Source of the DNA: Octopus vulgaris
Taxonomy: Eukaryota
Length of the DNA stretch: 64,000 nt
NCBI GenBank assembly: GCA_951406725.2
Contig: OX597815.1
Span: 170,128,001 to 170,192,000 of the forward strand
Direction: 5' to 3'
The notes under the pieces were generated by a model that saw nothing but the letters and a program-made list of their open reading frames with translations, was not told where the DNA came from and searched no databases. The position numbers and the translations under genes are program-made. Of this stretch, positions 26,675 to 41,042 are shown piece after piece; the stretch's first letter is position 1, and each line of letters begins with the position of its first letter.

Positions 26675-27086
26675 GGAACTTTTTGGTTTGAACGGCAGTT
26701 TTTAACATAATTTCTAGGTAACTAAAAAATTTTAAACTTCGTATACTGGTAGAAAGTGTTTATAAAACATCTTTTTCTCTTGGTTTTATTGAGAAAAGTC
26801 TATAGTTTGTAAGATATTTGTTGTTTTTTCTTCAATTTCTGCAATTTCAACCAATCAATGACGTCCATTGAGGTAAAAAACAATCTGTGTCGTATGAATA
26901 TGTCCCTCGTTTAAGAAACAAATTAAGTTTATTTACATTTGTGAAGAAAAAAGATATCCTTCCCCCACCCCTAACCCTAACCCTAAAACAGATTGAAATG
27001 CAATAGATCGATACTAGGGTCATAATTATGGGTGACAATTTCATATGACACTGCTAGAAAAACTGCCGTTCAAGCTGAAAAGATCC
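26675..27086. mobile_element. Non-autonomous DNA transposon (MITE), Merlin-like
   Basis: 29-bp TIRs starting GG (25/29 match), 8-bp TSD GTATCTCT at 26667-26674 and 27087-27094, internal (CCCTAA)3. Confidence 0.88.
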
Positions 27087-27786
27087 GTATCTCTCTCTAT
27101 ATAGATATACATTTCGAATCAAACCACCAGGTCTTACGTATAAGCATCAAATTAGAACGACTCAACAACGTCTCAAGTATTTCATATATTCAAAAGTTCC
27201 CACCAACAGATCTGTGATCGGTTTTCGATTCCTGTATCTAGTTAGTATATTTTCCCCACATCGCTAATCCCGCAGAGTTACGCATTATCAGATATAACAC
27301 CACTCACTTCACCTAGATTCAATACAGTCAATAAACCATTGACAGATGTTGCTGTTTTCCGATAGAAAACTTCGAAATACACAGAAATTGATATTTGATT
27401 TTATCAGTAACATTACAGTATGAGTTTTTTTTAAACAATGATTACCGTTAGAGGGTTTTATTTATCTACGTTATTTTTCTCTCACGTATATAATCAAATG
27501 TTGTAGTGAATATAGAATGAGTTGACAAATAAATAGCAAGCTAGTGTCATAAAAGGAAAGGATAAAAAAAAAAGCAAAAACAAATCAAAAAACGGTATGA
27601 CCACAACCGAAACTCCTTTGATCTTAGGCTTGCTTGACTGGAGCTGATCTGGGGCTAAACAAAGACTTGATGGTCACGACGCGAACACTTTTAATCATGT
27701 GTGTTATCAATCACGGTTACGACACATCAAATGAAGACTATATTGACCAACCTCACTCCCTCTTTCTTCATATCTATCTATCTATC

Positions 27787-27840
<54 letters not shown>

Positions 27841-28679
27841 ATACACGTGCCCGTAGACATCCGCATACATACATAAATACACGCACACACGCACACACAC
27901 ATTAACTGAGAAAATAGTAGTTATCTCGCTTCTGATGCCTAAGTCTAAGTTTTCAAATGTAGGCGGATATTCAGCTAATCTAAAGCTAGTATACTACGGG
28001 TACCTCATTCTGGACTGATTAAAGATGAAATCGAACCAGCTGTATTTGAACTTGTAATTTCTAGACGTGGTGCTAAAAACATGTAAATGCTTTGTTATAG
28101 CGTCGTACTTCTCTCAGTAAAGCTCCAACACTTCAAAAGGTTTATTATGACAAATATATACAAAATGCAGATAAGCTCTCAGTTATGGAATCGCATATAA
28201 TTTTGAGATATAATATTATATGCGTTTTCGTTGTTATGAGCAGAATATAAACCTGCAGATCAGATAAAAATACAATCTTTCAAATATGGAAATCGTGTAA
28301 TTATTAGAGGAGTGCACTACTTGCTCAATTATCTCTCTATTATATCATATCCAGGAGCATTATGCCTAATTAGGGGTTAATTTCAATGTGTCCATCAAGC
28401 GTAGTGCGGTAAGATGAAAGTAACTAATGATTAAAATAAAATTAATAAAAAAATGCTACCTTTAGTTAGTGAATTTCAATTATAAAAAGAACAACATTTT
28501 TGTCTAAAATAGCGAAAAATACATTAAGTCCATAACTAAAACGATGAGTTTTATGGAGTGAACATTTTTCAATATTTAGCAAATTGTGTGTGTCATTTAT
28601 TTAAGATGAACTCATCATGGTTGATATTTCTGTTTATAAATGTGCGCTTGCATGTTCATATGGATACGTGATTCAAGTA

Positions 28680-29270
28680 AGTGAAAGAGAGAGAGAAATA
28701 GAGAAGGAGAGACGGAAAAAGAAAGGAAGAGAGACATTGGATGATATATTAATAGAAATATAGAAAGAGTAGAGGAAACGAAAGATTAATGATGGTGAGT
28801 GGAAGAAAATAAGCAGAATGAACTGGAAAGCTACACAGTGAAAGATTAGGGAATAGTGAAATATTTCACGAAGGTGAAAGTGTGAAGGTGGGGAAAAGCT
28901 ATAGAGAGAGTGAGACGAGTGAGATATGAAGGTATATGCAATTAAACTAAAAAGAGTGAAATACTAATATGAGCAGAAAAAGACGGAAAATGGAAAGAGA
29001 ATCGATAGAAACTATGTTACTGTGTAAAATGTGTGATGGACAAATATAAGAAGGAGAAAGATTAAAAATAAGACTGGGAGACTTATTCTGGGTTATTTAT
29101 AAGAGAGAAGAGAGAAAGAGAAACAGATGAGAGAGAAATAACGAACGATAGAAAGAGGAAGAAAGAAAGAGAGAGACATACAGACAGAGACAGAAATAGA
29201 GAGAGAGTAAGTCCAAAGAAGAAAGAGAGACGAATAAATACGAAAGGACGGAAAAAGAAACTCGAGATTT
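28680..29270. repeat. Purine-rich (GA/AG) low-complexity tract
   Basis: Direct reading. Confidence 0.8.
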
Positions 29271-29892
29271 TACGCTGTCAAACGATCAAAAGGAAATGAA
29301 CGGAATAACAAAGTTACCACATTTTTTTTTTATGATCAGGTGAACGGTATTTTAGCGCAGCAGTAAAGAGCATAAAATCAATACTACCGTGGAGGTGCGA
29401 GGTTTATCAGGGTAGGACGAGATAACAAGCATGTCTGGATCGTTTATTGAGCAGGAAGTAAAAATCTCATTCTCTCGTTTGCAGTGTAAATTGAAGCAGT
29501 CATTTCTCTTCCATTTAAGTACGCAAGAACGCACAGACGTACGGACACACACATACACACTCATACATACGTGCGTACATACATGCACACATTTTATATA
29601 TATATATATGTGTGTGTGTTTGACTGTGCATACACATAAGTATATCTATACGTATACTTACATACATGTTACATTCATATATCTATATAAAAAACACACA
29701 CGCACACACATACATACGTACATACATACATACACACATTGTATATATGCGTGTGTATGTGAGTGTGTGTGAGTTTGACTATGTACATACACATAAGTAA
29801 ATATGTACGTATACTTATATACATATTACATTCATATATTTATATAAAAACACATTATATACTATACACACAGGCGTGCACACACACACACA

Positions 29893-29960
<68 letters not shown>

Positions 29961-30029
29961 TGTACATATATGAACATTTATATATAATTTATAATACAGG
30001 AAGATGGTACAAACAGGCTTTAATCCAAA

Positions 30030-30163
30030 TCACAACAATTGTTTCTGTGCATTTGTAACAGTGTGTAATTGCTCAATGTTTCACATACTGTTATATAAAT
30101 ATTATATAAATATTATATAAATATGATCCAGCAATAGCCGTGTACTCGCACGTCATCAGGTGA
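30030..30163 (-). ncRNA. Type-I hammerhead motif with about 97-nt loop II
   Basis: Minus strand TCAC-CTGATGA-CGTGC...GCACA-GAAA-CAATT-GTT-GTGA: 4-bp stem I, stem II with a C/A mismatch at its first pair, palindromic AACAATTGTT. Confidence 0.65.
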
Positions 30164-30565
30164 GTGGTTTTGAAATTACTGCTGGATCACCAATAGTTTC
30201 CCATTGTTTTATAACCATATTATATTCTTAGTATTCTCTTGATAAAGAGTAAAGCGTACATTCAAATAGACACAAATAATAAACGATACCAAATAGTTTA
30301 ATGGAAATAAAAAGCAAAAAAAAAAATGCAAATTATATAAAGAATAGATCAAAATTAACGAATGGAAACAAAAAAAATCAATAGTGTAAAATATAAATTA
30401 ACAAGACCTCTTTCTCTTGTTTTGTTTAGCAAAAATTTATCTCGCTTTGTATGAAGAAAGATTAACATGTTGTCAAAATTTACACCAGAAGAATTCTTTA
30501 TCTCTTTAGTTTGCAATCATTTTGTTCAAAGGACACGTTGTCAATTTATTAGACCAGCGAGATAC

Positions 30566-30640
30566 CAGCTTGTCTGCCAGTCTCTTCGTAAGCTTAATTT
30601 TAGCTGTTCTTGGTTCCCACCAGTCATTAATTGATGTTAT
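30566..30640 (-). CDS. Weak candidate exon, 75 nt, phase 0-0 (ITSINDWWEPRTAKIKLTKRLADKL)
   Basis: Acceptor TTTTTTCCTGTTAG; only frame 0 is open; donor CTG|GTATCT is weak. Confidence 0.25.
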
Positions 30641-30780
30641 CTAACAGGAAAAAATTATTCGACAGTAACACACGCATACACACACACATAGACAGGCAAG
30701 CGCGCATGTTCATAGTGTATATATAGAAATATCTATCTCTCTAACTGTCTACCAGTGCATCTCTCTCTCCCTCTCTCTCA

Positions 30781-30848
<68 letters not shown>

Positions 30849-31399
30849 ATGTATACACATACTGCCACCTATATTTATCCATATCCCTACTGACGATTTC
30901 TCTCGCTTCATAGCATGATATCAAATCAATAATTTTTTACTCCCACACGTTCATTATGCATATGTATTCTTTTATTCCGCACTAATGTACATATATCTGA
31001 ATATCCCTGCATATATCTATCTAAAGGTATCCCCATTTTTGTTCTAAAGAAAATGCATCTCTCCATGTCACTCTACCAATCGTTTTCCACTTACTCTATA
31101 ACATTCCATCTGGATAAGCAGGTCCATTCTATAGTCACTTTTCTGTCACCTTAATAAATGTATTTAACCTACCAATTATTATGGGATTATATAATTTTGG
31201 TGGATAACAATATAAATGTTATTTAAATAGATCAGTAATGACACTAAAACATTATAATAGCATTTCTTTGTATGTAACGCATTGATATAACTGAATGATG
31301 ATAGATTGTTGGCATCATTTTGTCTCGGGAGACAATGAGGTTGCGCATAAACTATTCCAATCTCATTTTTACATTTCATGTCCTCTCCAGTTTCCTTTC

Positions 31400-31700
31400 C
31401 AGACTTGCGCAGCCCTGGGCTAGATGTAAGAAAATCCTGGGTAGCCCAATCGTCAGGATTCCTCTCTCGACCTTGCTGATGTAGTCCAGAGGGGTGCAGA
31501 GCATTACGTTTGGCACCAGCTTGGTTGCAGGAGCTGTCGGAAGAGTGTCGAGTCGAACGTTAAACCGTCTACGGGGCTCTACTCCGGATTTCTTTGAAGG
31601 TTGTCTCCTTTCCGTAACACTGGACAGGGGCCCATACCGAGTACTGTCAGGCAGAGTCAGCTGAGCCCGGGACTCGTGTCATGCAGGGTCGTCATTCCCT
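31400..31700 (-). mobile_element. RTE-type LINE 5'-region-like fragment
   Basis: GC-rich island with CAGCTCCTGCAACCAAGCTGGTGCCAAACGTA..TGGACTACATCAGCAAGGTCGAGAGAGG, resembling RTE 5' UTRs and the group B type 1 SINE tail. Confidence 0.55.
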
Positions 31701-32109
31701 GAAGTAGTGAAGAAAATCGCTACCTAAAATGATGATAGATACATATAAAGTATTATGAATATCATAATTTGGGTAAGCAACGATATGATCTTGTCAGTAG
31801 TAATCACCAACTCTAAGCACATTTTGTGAAATAACAATGACTATTACATATTCTTGCTAAATTACAGAAATGAGATTTTCACTCACTCTGTCGCCCTTTC
31901 TCTTTCTCTGTCTGTCTGTCTGCCTGCCCCTCTCTTTCTCTCTCTGTATATATATATATATATATATATATACGCACACACACATAAGTGATTGTGTGTG
32001 TATCTTTGTATCAGTGTTTGTCCGCTAGTAATAATATATACATGCATGCATGTACACATACATACATATATATATGCATACATATAAACATATATACATA
32101 CATACATAA

Positions 32110-32426
32110 ATGACCATGGGATTGCACCTAGAAAGTTACCCTCCTAGACACAAGTCCGGGCAAGGTTGTTTTATGGAAGACCAGCAGTCGCCCATGCATA
32201 CCAGCCTCCCCTCTCCACGCCACCAGTGTTATCCAAGGGAAAGACAAAGGTCGATACAGCTTGGCACCTTTGACGTCGCAACTCAGTTCTACAGCTGAGT
32301 GAACTGGAGCAACGTGAAATAAAGTGCCTTGCTCAAGAACACAACACGCAGCCCGGTCCGGGATTCGAGCTCACAACCTCACGATCGTAAGCTCGACGCT
32401 CTAACCACTGAGCCATGCGCCTTCAC
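32110..32426 (-). mobile_element. CORE-type SINE, group B, tail type 1
   Basis: Reverse-complement match to 5988-6330; sits in (CATA)n. Confidence 0.92.
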
Positions 32427-33149
32427 ATACATACATACATGCATGAATACCTACATGCTTACATACACACGTATATATTTACATAGATGTATAGATGCAT
32501 GCATCCATCCATACATACATATATACATACAAACGTACATACATACATACATACATACATACATACATACATACATACATACATACATACATACATACGT
32601 ACATACATACATACATATACTCATACTCATAAATCTTGACTCCGATACGATTAATAATTTTTTCTTCAATAGTCTTTCACTTATGTTACCGTCCCTGTCA
32701 CACTCCTAAGGCAACTAGCTTTTTTTCTTCTCTTCAATTAATAAATTACCTTTTACCCAACATATTGCAAGGAAAATAATATAACCATGGTTATTATATG
32801 GATTCTTATTCAATATATGGATTCTTCTTGCACTAAAGTGACAACATTATAATGGATAGTTATAAATACAATCTGTATGCAAGTAAGCCGCGCCAAAAGT
32901 TTTCTGGTGCACTTGAACTAATTTGTAATCATTTCGATGTTTCTGATAACGCTGTAAGAATCAACCAATTTATATTACAAACAAATATGAAATTGAGCTG
33001 TGAGAAATAAATCAAATAAAACAAACGGTACATGTATAAATATATTGAATACTATTAGGAAAATTTTAATGATGTGAGATTTTCTCAGCTTGAGGGGAAA
33101 AAAAGAACACATCATCAAAGCATTGATTCGTAACTCAGACGTGAGTCTG

Positions 33150-33560
33150 TGGAGGTGCAGGCATGGTTGTGAAGTAAGAAGTTTGCTTTCTAACCACATG
33201 GTTCCGGGTGAAGTCCCACTGCATGGCACCTTAAGCAAGTTCTTTCTATTATAGCACCGGACCGATCAAAAACTTGTGAGTGAATTTGGTGGATGGAAAC
33301 TGAAAGAAGCACGTCACACACATACACATATAGGTTTGTGTGTTTGGGCTTTTGCGTTTGTGTTTGTTTTCTTTCATAGATTAACAACCGGAGTTTGTTT
33401 GTTTATGTCTCCATAACTTACTGTTTCGGCAAAAGACACCAATATATGCTAGCTTAAAACAATTAAGTTCTGGAGTCAATTCGTTCGACAAAATCCTTTC
33501 AAGACAAAATCCCCCAGCATGAACTTAGTCTAAAAGACTGAAGCATGTAGGAGAATAAAA
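33150..33560 (+). mobile_element. tRNA-derived SINE, group C (internal TG microsatellite), diverged
   Basis: Matches 49014-49398 and 58428-58835. Confidence 0.85.
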
Positions 33561-35032
33561 TTTAAGAAAATATTTCTTTTGCATGAGTGCAAATGGCTCA
33601 AAGAATAGTGTTAAGAAGCGACATTAAAACACCATGTTTCGATGTTATCCGTAGTTATCAGCGCAGCAAAGACAACAAGAAGGAAGTTGATCACTAAATA
33701 TAGGCTTTTATATATGGATGCATATGAAGAACATTTTACGAATAATGCAAATCAATAACAATACAAAACGAAATCAAATAGAAAGATCACAAGTTAATAT
33801 TGGTACCAGATTTTGGCACAAAGCCAGCAATAACAGGTAAGGGAGGGGTAAGTCAATTACATCGACCCAAGTATCCCACTGACACTTGTATCGACTCCGA
33901 ATGAAGAAAAGGTAAAGTTGACCTCGACGAAATTTGAACTCACAACGTAACGACGCTTCTATGCGTTTTGCCCGGAGTGCTAACGATCCAGCTTTAGCTT
34001 ACAATTTATACTATAAGGCTGATGTTCAAAGAAGAACAATAAGTCATCAGGTAAAAATTATAGAGTATAAGTATAACGTTTTGGATATAGTCCTTCGTCA
34101 TATATGGCAACAATAATTCGTATAACGAAAGAAAAACATCTGCTAAGGGTGGTTTTATATGTAACTCTCGCCGGCTAGAAATATTCACCTGACAAATTGA
34201 AGTAGGATCATTCAAGAAATTATAAATCTTTCAAAAGGAACCCAAAACTAACCAAAGTTGGAAATGAAACTAATGCTAATATCTATGATATGGATAACAG
34301 AAAGAACGTACGAAAATGTTAAAAATCATCCACTTCTAATTTGTATCAATGTTCTTCTATAAGAATTTGATTCGTTCATATAGCTTTAACGGTAGATATA
34401 TTTTAAAGATAATAAAAAAAAATTAGAAGATATGCCCCACTTGCAGGAAACAGCTTTAATGAAAGTTGGCAAAATTTCACCAACCTAAATTTCTAACCAG
34501 TATACAAAACACTGCCCAAGTCACTTCACATGGCCTCGATATCTAGTGGAAGGGAGTGAAGTATTCTGAAACCGAAAACACGACCCAGATCCATGCAACA
34601 TATTAGATGCCGTTAAAGGCACCAAAAATGCCAGGTTAAGCTATTAAACCGCATGACAAATTATTGGTCTCACCCTCGTATGCCGCAGCAGGATATGGAC
34701 TTACAAAGCAATGACCTGGAACAACAACTGCAAAATACACAACTTTCTTTCAGATAGGCCACTCCACTACTATGGGCTGGTAGTTTTTTTCTTTAATCAA
34801 ATGCGGAAGGATAACACTTATATTTGGCCTCATAGAAGGGTTTGAACTCATAACACCAAGTGTCGGAACAAATACTGTAATGTAATCTATCCCAAGTTCT
34901 AGTAATTTAGAAAATTTCTCCTCTTTCTGAATCTGCAAAAATGTTTCACATTCTTATTGATACCCAGGAGTTAAAGAGAAATAGTTATACTCTTTTATAT
35001 ATTTATTTTTATTGCACTATATTAGTAGATGT

Positions 35033-35470
35033 CTAAGGTGGGGAGTTGGTAGAACATTTAGCAAGCCGGACAGCATGCTCAGTAGCATTTCGTCCGGGTT
35101 TTTTACGTTTGTATTCAAATGTCACCGAGGTCCACTTTCCCTTTTATCCCTTTCAGGGTCGATGTAATAAAGTATCAGTGAGCACCGGGGTCTATGTAAT
35201 TGACTAACCTCAGCCCCTAAAAGCAAACGTTCATGCTTTCTACATATAGTAGATGTTTATGGCAGTGAGCTACCATAATCGTTAGCACGCCGGACAGCAT
35301 GATTAGTAGCATTTGTTCCGCATTTTTACGATCTGTATTCAAATGCCACCGAGGTCGGCTTGTCCTTTCGTCTTTATTTTGCGGTTGCTAAAAGTACCAT
35401 TTGAATACTAGAATCGATATAATCGACTTCAGCTACACTAAATATTGCTGGGCTTGTGCCAAAATTATAA
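35033..35470 (+). mobile_element. Two tandem diverged group A SINEs; other group A remnants near 13690-13920, 33810-33990, 36310-36490, 37780-38075, 39050-39230 and 55900-56090
   Basis: Two heads with GAGGTC..CTT..CCTTT domains; both are preceded by TAGTAGATGT (35023, 35247). Confidence 0.75.
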
Positions 35471-35599
35471 TTAGTCACCTGATTTTTCCGAACATGGTTA
35501 GTCACATGGGGTGTTTATACACCTCAACACAAAAATGTTTATAGTTTTAGTATTATGTAGAATATACTCAATTCTGTAGGTTCAGGATATATTTGCAGG

Positions 35600-35868
35600 A
35601 TATATTTGAAATCCTGGTAGCTGATTAATACACCATTTCGAGCGTGGCAGTAGCCAGTACCGCCAGACTAGCCCTCGTGCCGGTGGCATGTAAAAATACC
35701 CACTACACTCTCGGAGTGGTTGGCGTTAGGATAGGCATCCAGCTGTAGAAACTCTGCCAGATCAGATTGGAGCCTGGCGCAGCCATCTGGTTCGCCAGTC
35801 CTCAGTCAAATCGTCCAACCCATGCTAGCATGGAAAGCGGACGTTAATTGATGATGATTATGATGATA
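35600..35868 (+). mobile_element. 3' part of a non-autonomous RTE-type retroposon with (GAT)n tail
   Basis: GTGGTTGGCGTTAGGATAGGCATCCAGCTGTAGAAA...CCAACCCATGCTAGCATGGAAAGCGGACGTTAA followed by (TGA)n. Confidence 0.75.
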
Positions 35869-38800
35869 ACACAGTACAATAAAATAAATTATGAAATGAA
35901 GGAAAAACTAAGAAAATCTTTGATTCAGATCACAGTTATTTTGAAAATACCCACAGAATACACCATTTAGTGGGATTTTTAAACGTCTATGATGAATATT
36001 AATATTGAAAAAAATAACATAAAAGGCAATCTCCGTTACAATACGCATTAAACCAAAACTTGAACTAAAGATATGATTATTCATTGCAATGTAAATGACT
36101 ATGATTTTGCATATGGTGTTACATAAGCAACTGAGCCACGACCGTGCCACATCTCCTGCAACACACTCTGACTAAGAAGAGTTGAGGAAGGGAGCTAAAA
36201 AAAAAGGTGCCAACTGGAAATTACGAGCATTGAAAAAAAGTTGGGGTGTCAACACACCCCATGTAATTAACAAAGGGTTAATGATGCTAAACTTGAGAGA
36301 TTGTAGAATATAAGAGTATCGCGAAACTGATTTACGGTATTTGTGTATTTATCATTGGCCCAAATGTCGTTTAAATCAAATTTACCTTTCGTCCCCGCTG
36401 GATAGATAAAACAAAATACCAGCCAAAACTGGGGTCGATATAATCGACTTTTCTCCACCCTGCAAAATGGCTGGCATTGTGTTAAAACTTTAAAAAATTA
36501 TATTCCCTGATGGTAGAAATTAGAGTGAAGCATTCAGAAATCTACCAAACTATCTTTAAAGGTGATTAGAAAATATGCATCAGTTCATCATTAAAACCTA
36601 GTTCGAAGAGTTAGGAACTTCAGTTTGGAAATTATATTAACTTAAATCACTTTGTAACTTCAGCAGAATGATCTAGTATTTGAGAAGACTATATAAATGG
36701 AAAAAAAACCCTCCATCATTTCCATATTTACTTCAAATATACAGACAATATAGCGAAACATGAATGCTTTTAACATCAAAGTAGAAATATACCAACGTTA
36801 ATAATCGGGAAGTATATTAGTCATGCGCGTGGAATGCTTAGTCAAGCGTATCCCATCTAATTAAACAGTCTGCAGAGTGAATACGTCACCAGAATTTGAA
36901 GTTACACAACTGTTTGTCTATCTATATCTTATGTATATACCGATATTTATTACAGGAAAACAGATTCCACCTATACATATATACATACTCATACATGCAT
37001 ATATACACACTCAAACATTTATTCTGTATAAAAAAAACCCACATATATTTATATATTTACCCATATAAATACATATTCATAAATGTGTGTGTCTATATAC
37101 ATACGTATGTACACAGATGTACAAGTAGGTGGCTTACACAGCAATATTCAGTTTATTTATAATGTACGAAAAGGAAATCCTGGTAATGTAAATTTGAAAG
37201 CACAAAAATCAATAGTTTAGATATATATACTGAATAATCCAAAATCATAACGCCTCCCATATGTGCTGAATACGCTGGTTATTCGTCTCTCTATAAATGA
37301 TCCAAACTTTCAAATGTAGGCGGCAGAATTCTTTATTCGTCTTCACTATTTAAATCCAACTTTTTATTGAGTGCTGTCTATAAAAGTTTCCAAGCAGACG
37401 TCTAATTCTTTTCGTCGAGTGTAACTTGATTACCAAAATAAAAATTATTAGTTCAATATGATAAAACGGGAACGTGAATTATATCAAACATGAACCTAGC
37501 CGCGTCACACAACGTACTTCTTAAGTGCAATTTTGAACTTACGAAACCCCTCTTCAATAAACACATTGCAGCACATTCCACTATTTATAAGGGTCGTTTT
37601 GGTGTATTACTTTCATGCAATACGCTTTTCTCTATAACAATTTCAATACCAACCCGACTAAAACCACGTCTATGAAATGATCAAATCCAACATCAAATCT
37701 TTGACTGGAATTTCGTAATAGCATGTAAGATAAGGGAGTCAGATTGGAAAAATCAACAGAGAACTGAAAAAAATGCCATATGTAATTCATTCTAACTGTT
37801 GTCATTCTGAGTTCAAATCCTACCAAGGTTAACTTGGCTTTCATCCTTCTGCAGTTGATAAAATAAAGCACCAGTATAATGCTTGCCCTATGATTAATTT
37901 ATAAGCAGTCAGTCGTTACTTTTAAAATGAATTAGAGGAATGACAAAACTATAAGGAGTGTCCGATGAAATGCCCTGCAGCAATTTTTCTGAAAATTTAG
38001 GCCCTGATTTCAAGTCCCACACGTGTTAACTTACGTTTCATTGTTCTGGGATTGATGAATAAAATACCAGTCAAATGATGATTTCATCCGTTAAATCTTC
38101 GTTGCCATAGCAACGGCTGTATTCTTATATTAAAAGCAATTATTAATTGTAAAAATATTTCAAAATATAAACATTTAGATTTATGAATTTAAAAGTTGGT
38201 TAATTCACTAAATTTTGTTCACAGTTACTAATTTTGAAACTTAAAAGACGGTGTATTTTGTTAAAAAATAATGGTTCTTCTGGTGTGTTCAATATCACTC
38301 GACAATTGTACACTCCACTCTCTGGTGACTTGTGCAGCCCTTGAGAACTTGTGATTTTGGTATCCCCCAATCATATCGTTTATTCCATTCAATTCATTAA
38401 TTATCTTCATTTGGATACACTCCCGTACTAATGTTCATAGCATAGATATTTCCTTGGCTCTCTCTGTTCCCTCTTCTTCTTGGTAGCCTAATAACACATT
38501 CCTAAAACTCTAACTTTTAACTCTTCAAGTGGCATGTTAATCGATGCAAAATATTGATCATCCCTTTATCCATCTGACAGTGCTCACATGCTCTTGGCAG
38601 TACCTTTTGAAACACCACATTGTAGATTCATAATTTCCGTATAATATTAACTATATAAAAGTAATAGAACTATGTTGATAATGTTACCGTTGTTGTGCAG
38701 CACTATGTCGTCGTCGTTGTTGTTATTGTAGTTGTTTTGTGTCGCAAAACTATAATCAAAGTCGTTCCATATTGTAACCAAATTGTCCTTTTGTATATCA

Positions 38801-39996
38801 GAGACTACAATTTACAAAATGTCGTTTTTAGAAATATCCTTTTGAGACTGTATAATGTAATTTGAGGGAGATTTGGCTGCCTTATATAGAAGAGTAAGCA
38901 AGTGTATACAAGGAGCCTCATGAGGATGATGATGATGATGAAGTCATCTACTTATATAAGCGTGCACATGCATATGAATATAGATACACACACACACACA
39001 CATAAATATGTACTTTTATAGGTAAATGTATATGTGTGTGTTTCTATATTGCTTTCAAGTTTTGGCACAAAGCCAGCACTTTCAGGGGAGGGATAGGTCG
39101 ATTAGATCGAGCCCAGTGCTTAACTGATACCATTTTAGTGACCTCTAAACGATGGGAGGCAAATTCAACCCCGGACGAAAGGCTAGTAAGCATTTTGCCC
39201 GGAGTGCTAACGAATGTGCTAGCTCACCACCTTGTGTGGCTTTCTATATTGCATAAATGTTAGTGTGAAGGCGTGTATGATGACGAAGAGGAGCAAAAGA
39301 ATGAGGAAGCCTTGACGACTTCGATGATATTTTAGTAATTAAAAAAATGGTAATTTTCAAATCATTAACTATAATCCAAAACTATCGCCTCCTTTTAATG
39401 CAAATTGTTTAACACATTTGCATCTTTAATCGACCACACTATATTCTCTTCGCTGATTGGAGATTTAAGCTTGCATTTAGTAGAATTAATTCTGTAGGGG
39501 CGAGAGTTATTGTTATACTGCATGGTATGTGTTCTGAAGTGTAACAAGATGTGCTTGTAAGTGTAACGAAATGTGTTTTGAAATTGTAAAAAACATACTT
39601 GGTAATACAAATAAATTTAACAAGTTCTCTTAGTTCAATGTCTTGAAATTTCATTCAACCATCCTTAACTGTTTTTCCTGAAACTTTACCACTCAATGAA
39701 TCATTAACTGGGAACAATTGCAAGAAAGTCTAGAGGTGTAAACAGCTGCATAGTTATCATACTGCTAGACTTTATGGAATCAACCTACGGAAATAAGAGA
39801 AAGTATATACGGAGCCAAACCAAATATTAATATGGATAGTTGAGATGAATGATACTCAAAGCAATGAATCCCTTCTTCATATTTCACCGGGTGGATGACT
39901 TTAATTTCTAACATGTCAACAAACTTCGGTAAAGATAAACAAAAAGTGACTAAACATACGCACAGAGTAATTTATACGACGTATTTGTTTCTTCAT

Positions 39997-40064
<68 letters not shown>

Positions 40065-40780
40065 CGTGTGTGTGTGTGTGTATGTATATATATATATATA
40101 TAGATATAGATATATGTGTGTGTGTGTGTGTGTGTACAAATGTATATAGGATTTAAAGGGTTCAAACTAATCCAGCATAAGCGAAAATTAAGGAACATTC
40201 TCATATAGCCACATCACCATCGGTTACGGCCGTAACCATGGATGCATCATTAAGAAGTTTGCTATGAAATCATATAGCTAATATTCGGCTAGTAATAATG
40301 ATGATGATGATGATGATGATCATCATCATCATCATGATCATGATGTTAAGATTACTCCAAAACTGAAATTTCTTCGTAATATCTTGTGATAAGTCTGGAA
40401 ATTCTTAATGAATAATATTTATATGTGTGGGTGTTGCATGTTTGTTGCGTTGCGTCAGGTAAAAACTAATTATCTCATTTTCTCTAATAATTAGTTTGAA
40501 AAGTTTCGGTGACATATTAATCTAGTGAATATATAATTGAAGCAGGTTCACTGTCAATCTAGAAATGCATGAGGCTATTATGTCATACTTAGAGTAATGT
40601 GTACGGTCGATCGTCTGTTACGTCTAATGCAGTTCTGTTTAGCTACACTTGGCAGAGAAAGTGAACTGTGATCAAAAGCATTCTAGAAACGATATTTTTC
40701 GTCTTGATAATTTATCAATGACTACATTATCTAAAGTGGCCAACCAACTTATTATTTTTTAGATAGTATAATGTAATTTG

Positions 40781-41042
40781 TGGAGGCAGGTGGCTTGGTG
40801 GTTAAGGTGTCAGTCTCATGATCGTAAGATTGTGGTTTCGATTCCTGGACTGGGCGACACGTTGTGTTTTTGAGCAAAATACTTCATTTCACTTTGCTCC
40901 AGTTCACTCAGCTGGCAAAAATGAGTAACGCTGCGATGGACTGGTGTCCCATCCAGCTGGGGAACACATATGCCATTGAAACCAGGAAACCGGGCCCATG
41001 CGCCAGGCTAGACTTTAAAAAAGGGCGCATTTATTTATTTAA
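40781..41042 (+). mobile_element. CORE-type SINE, group B, tail type 3, with 11-bp TSD
   Basis: tRNA head and CORE-like block, (ATTT)n tail, TSD AATGTAATTTG at 40770-40780 and 41043-41053. Confidence 0.9.
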
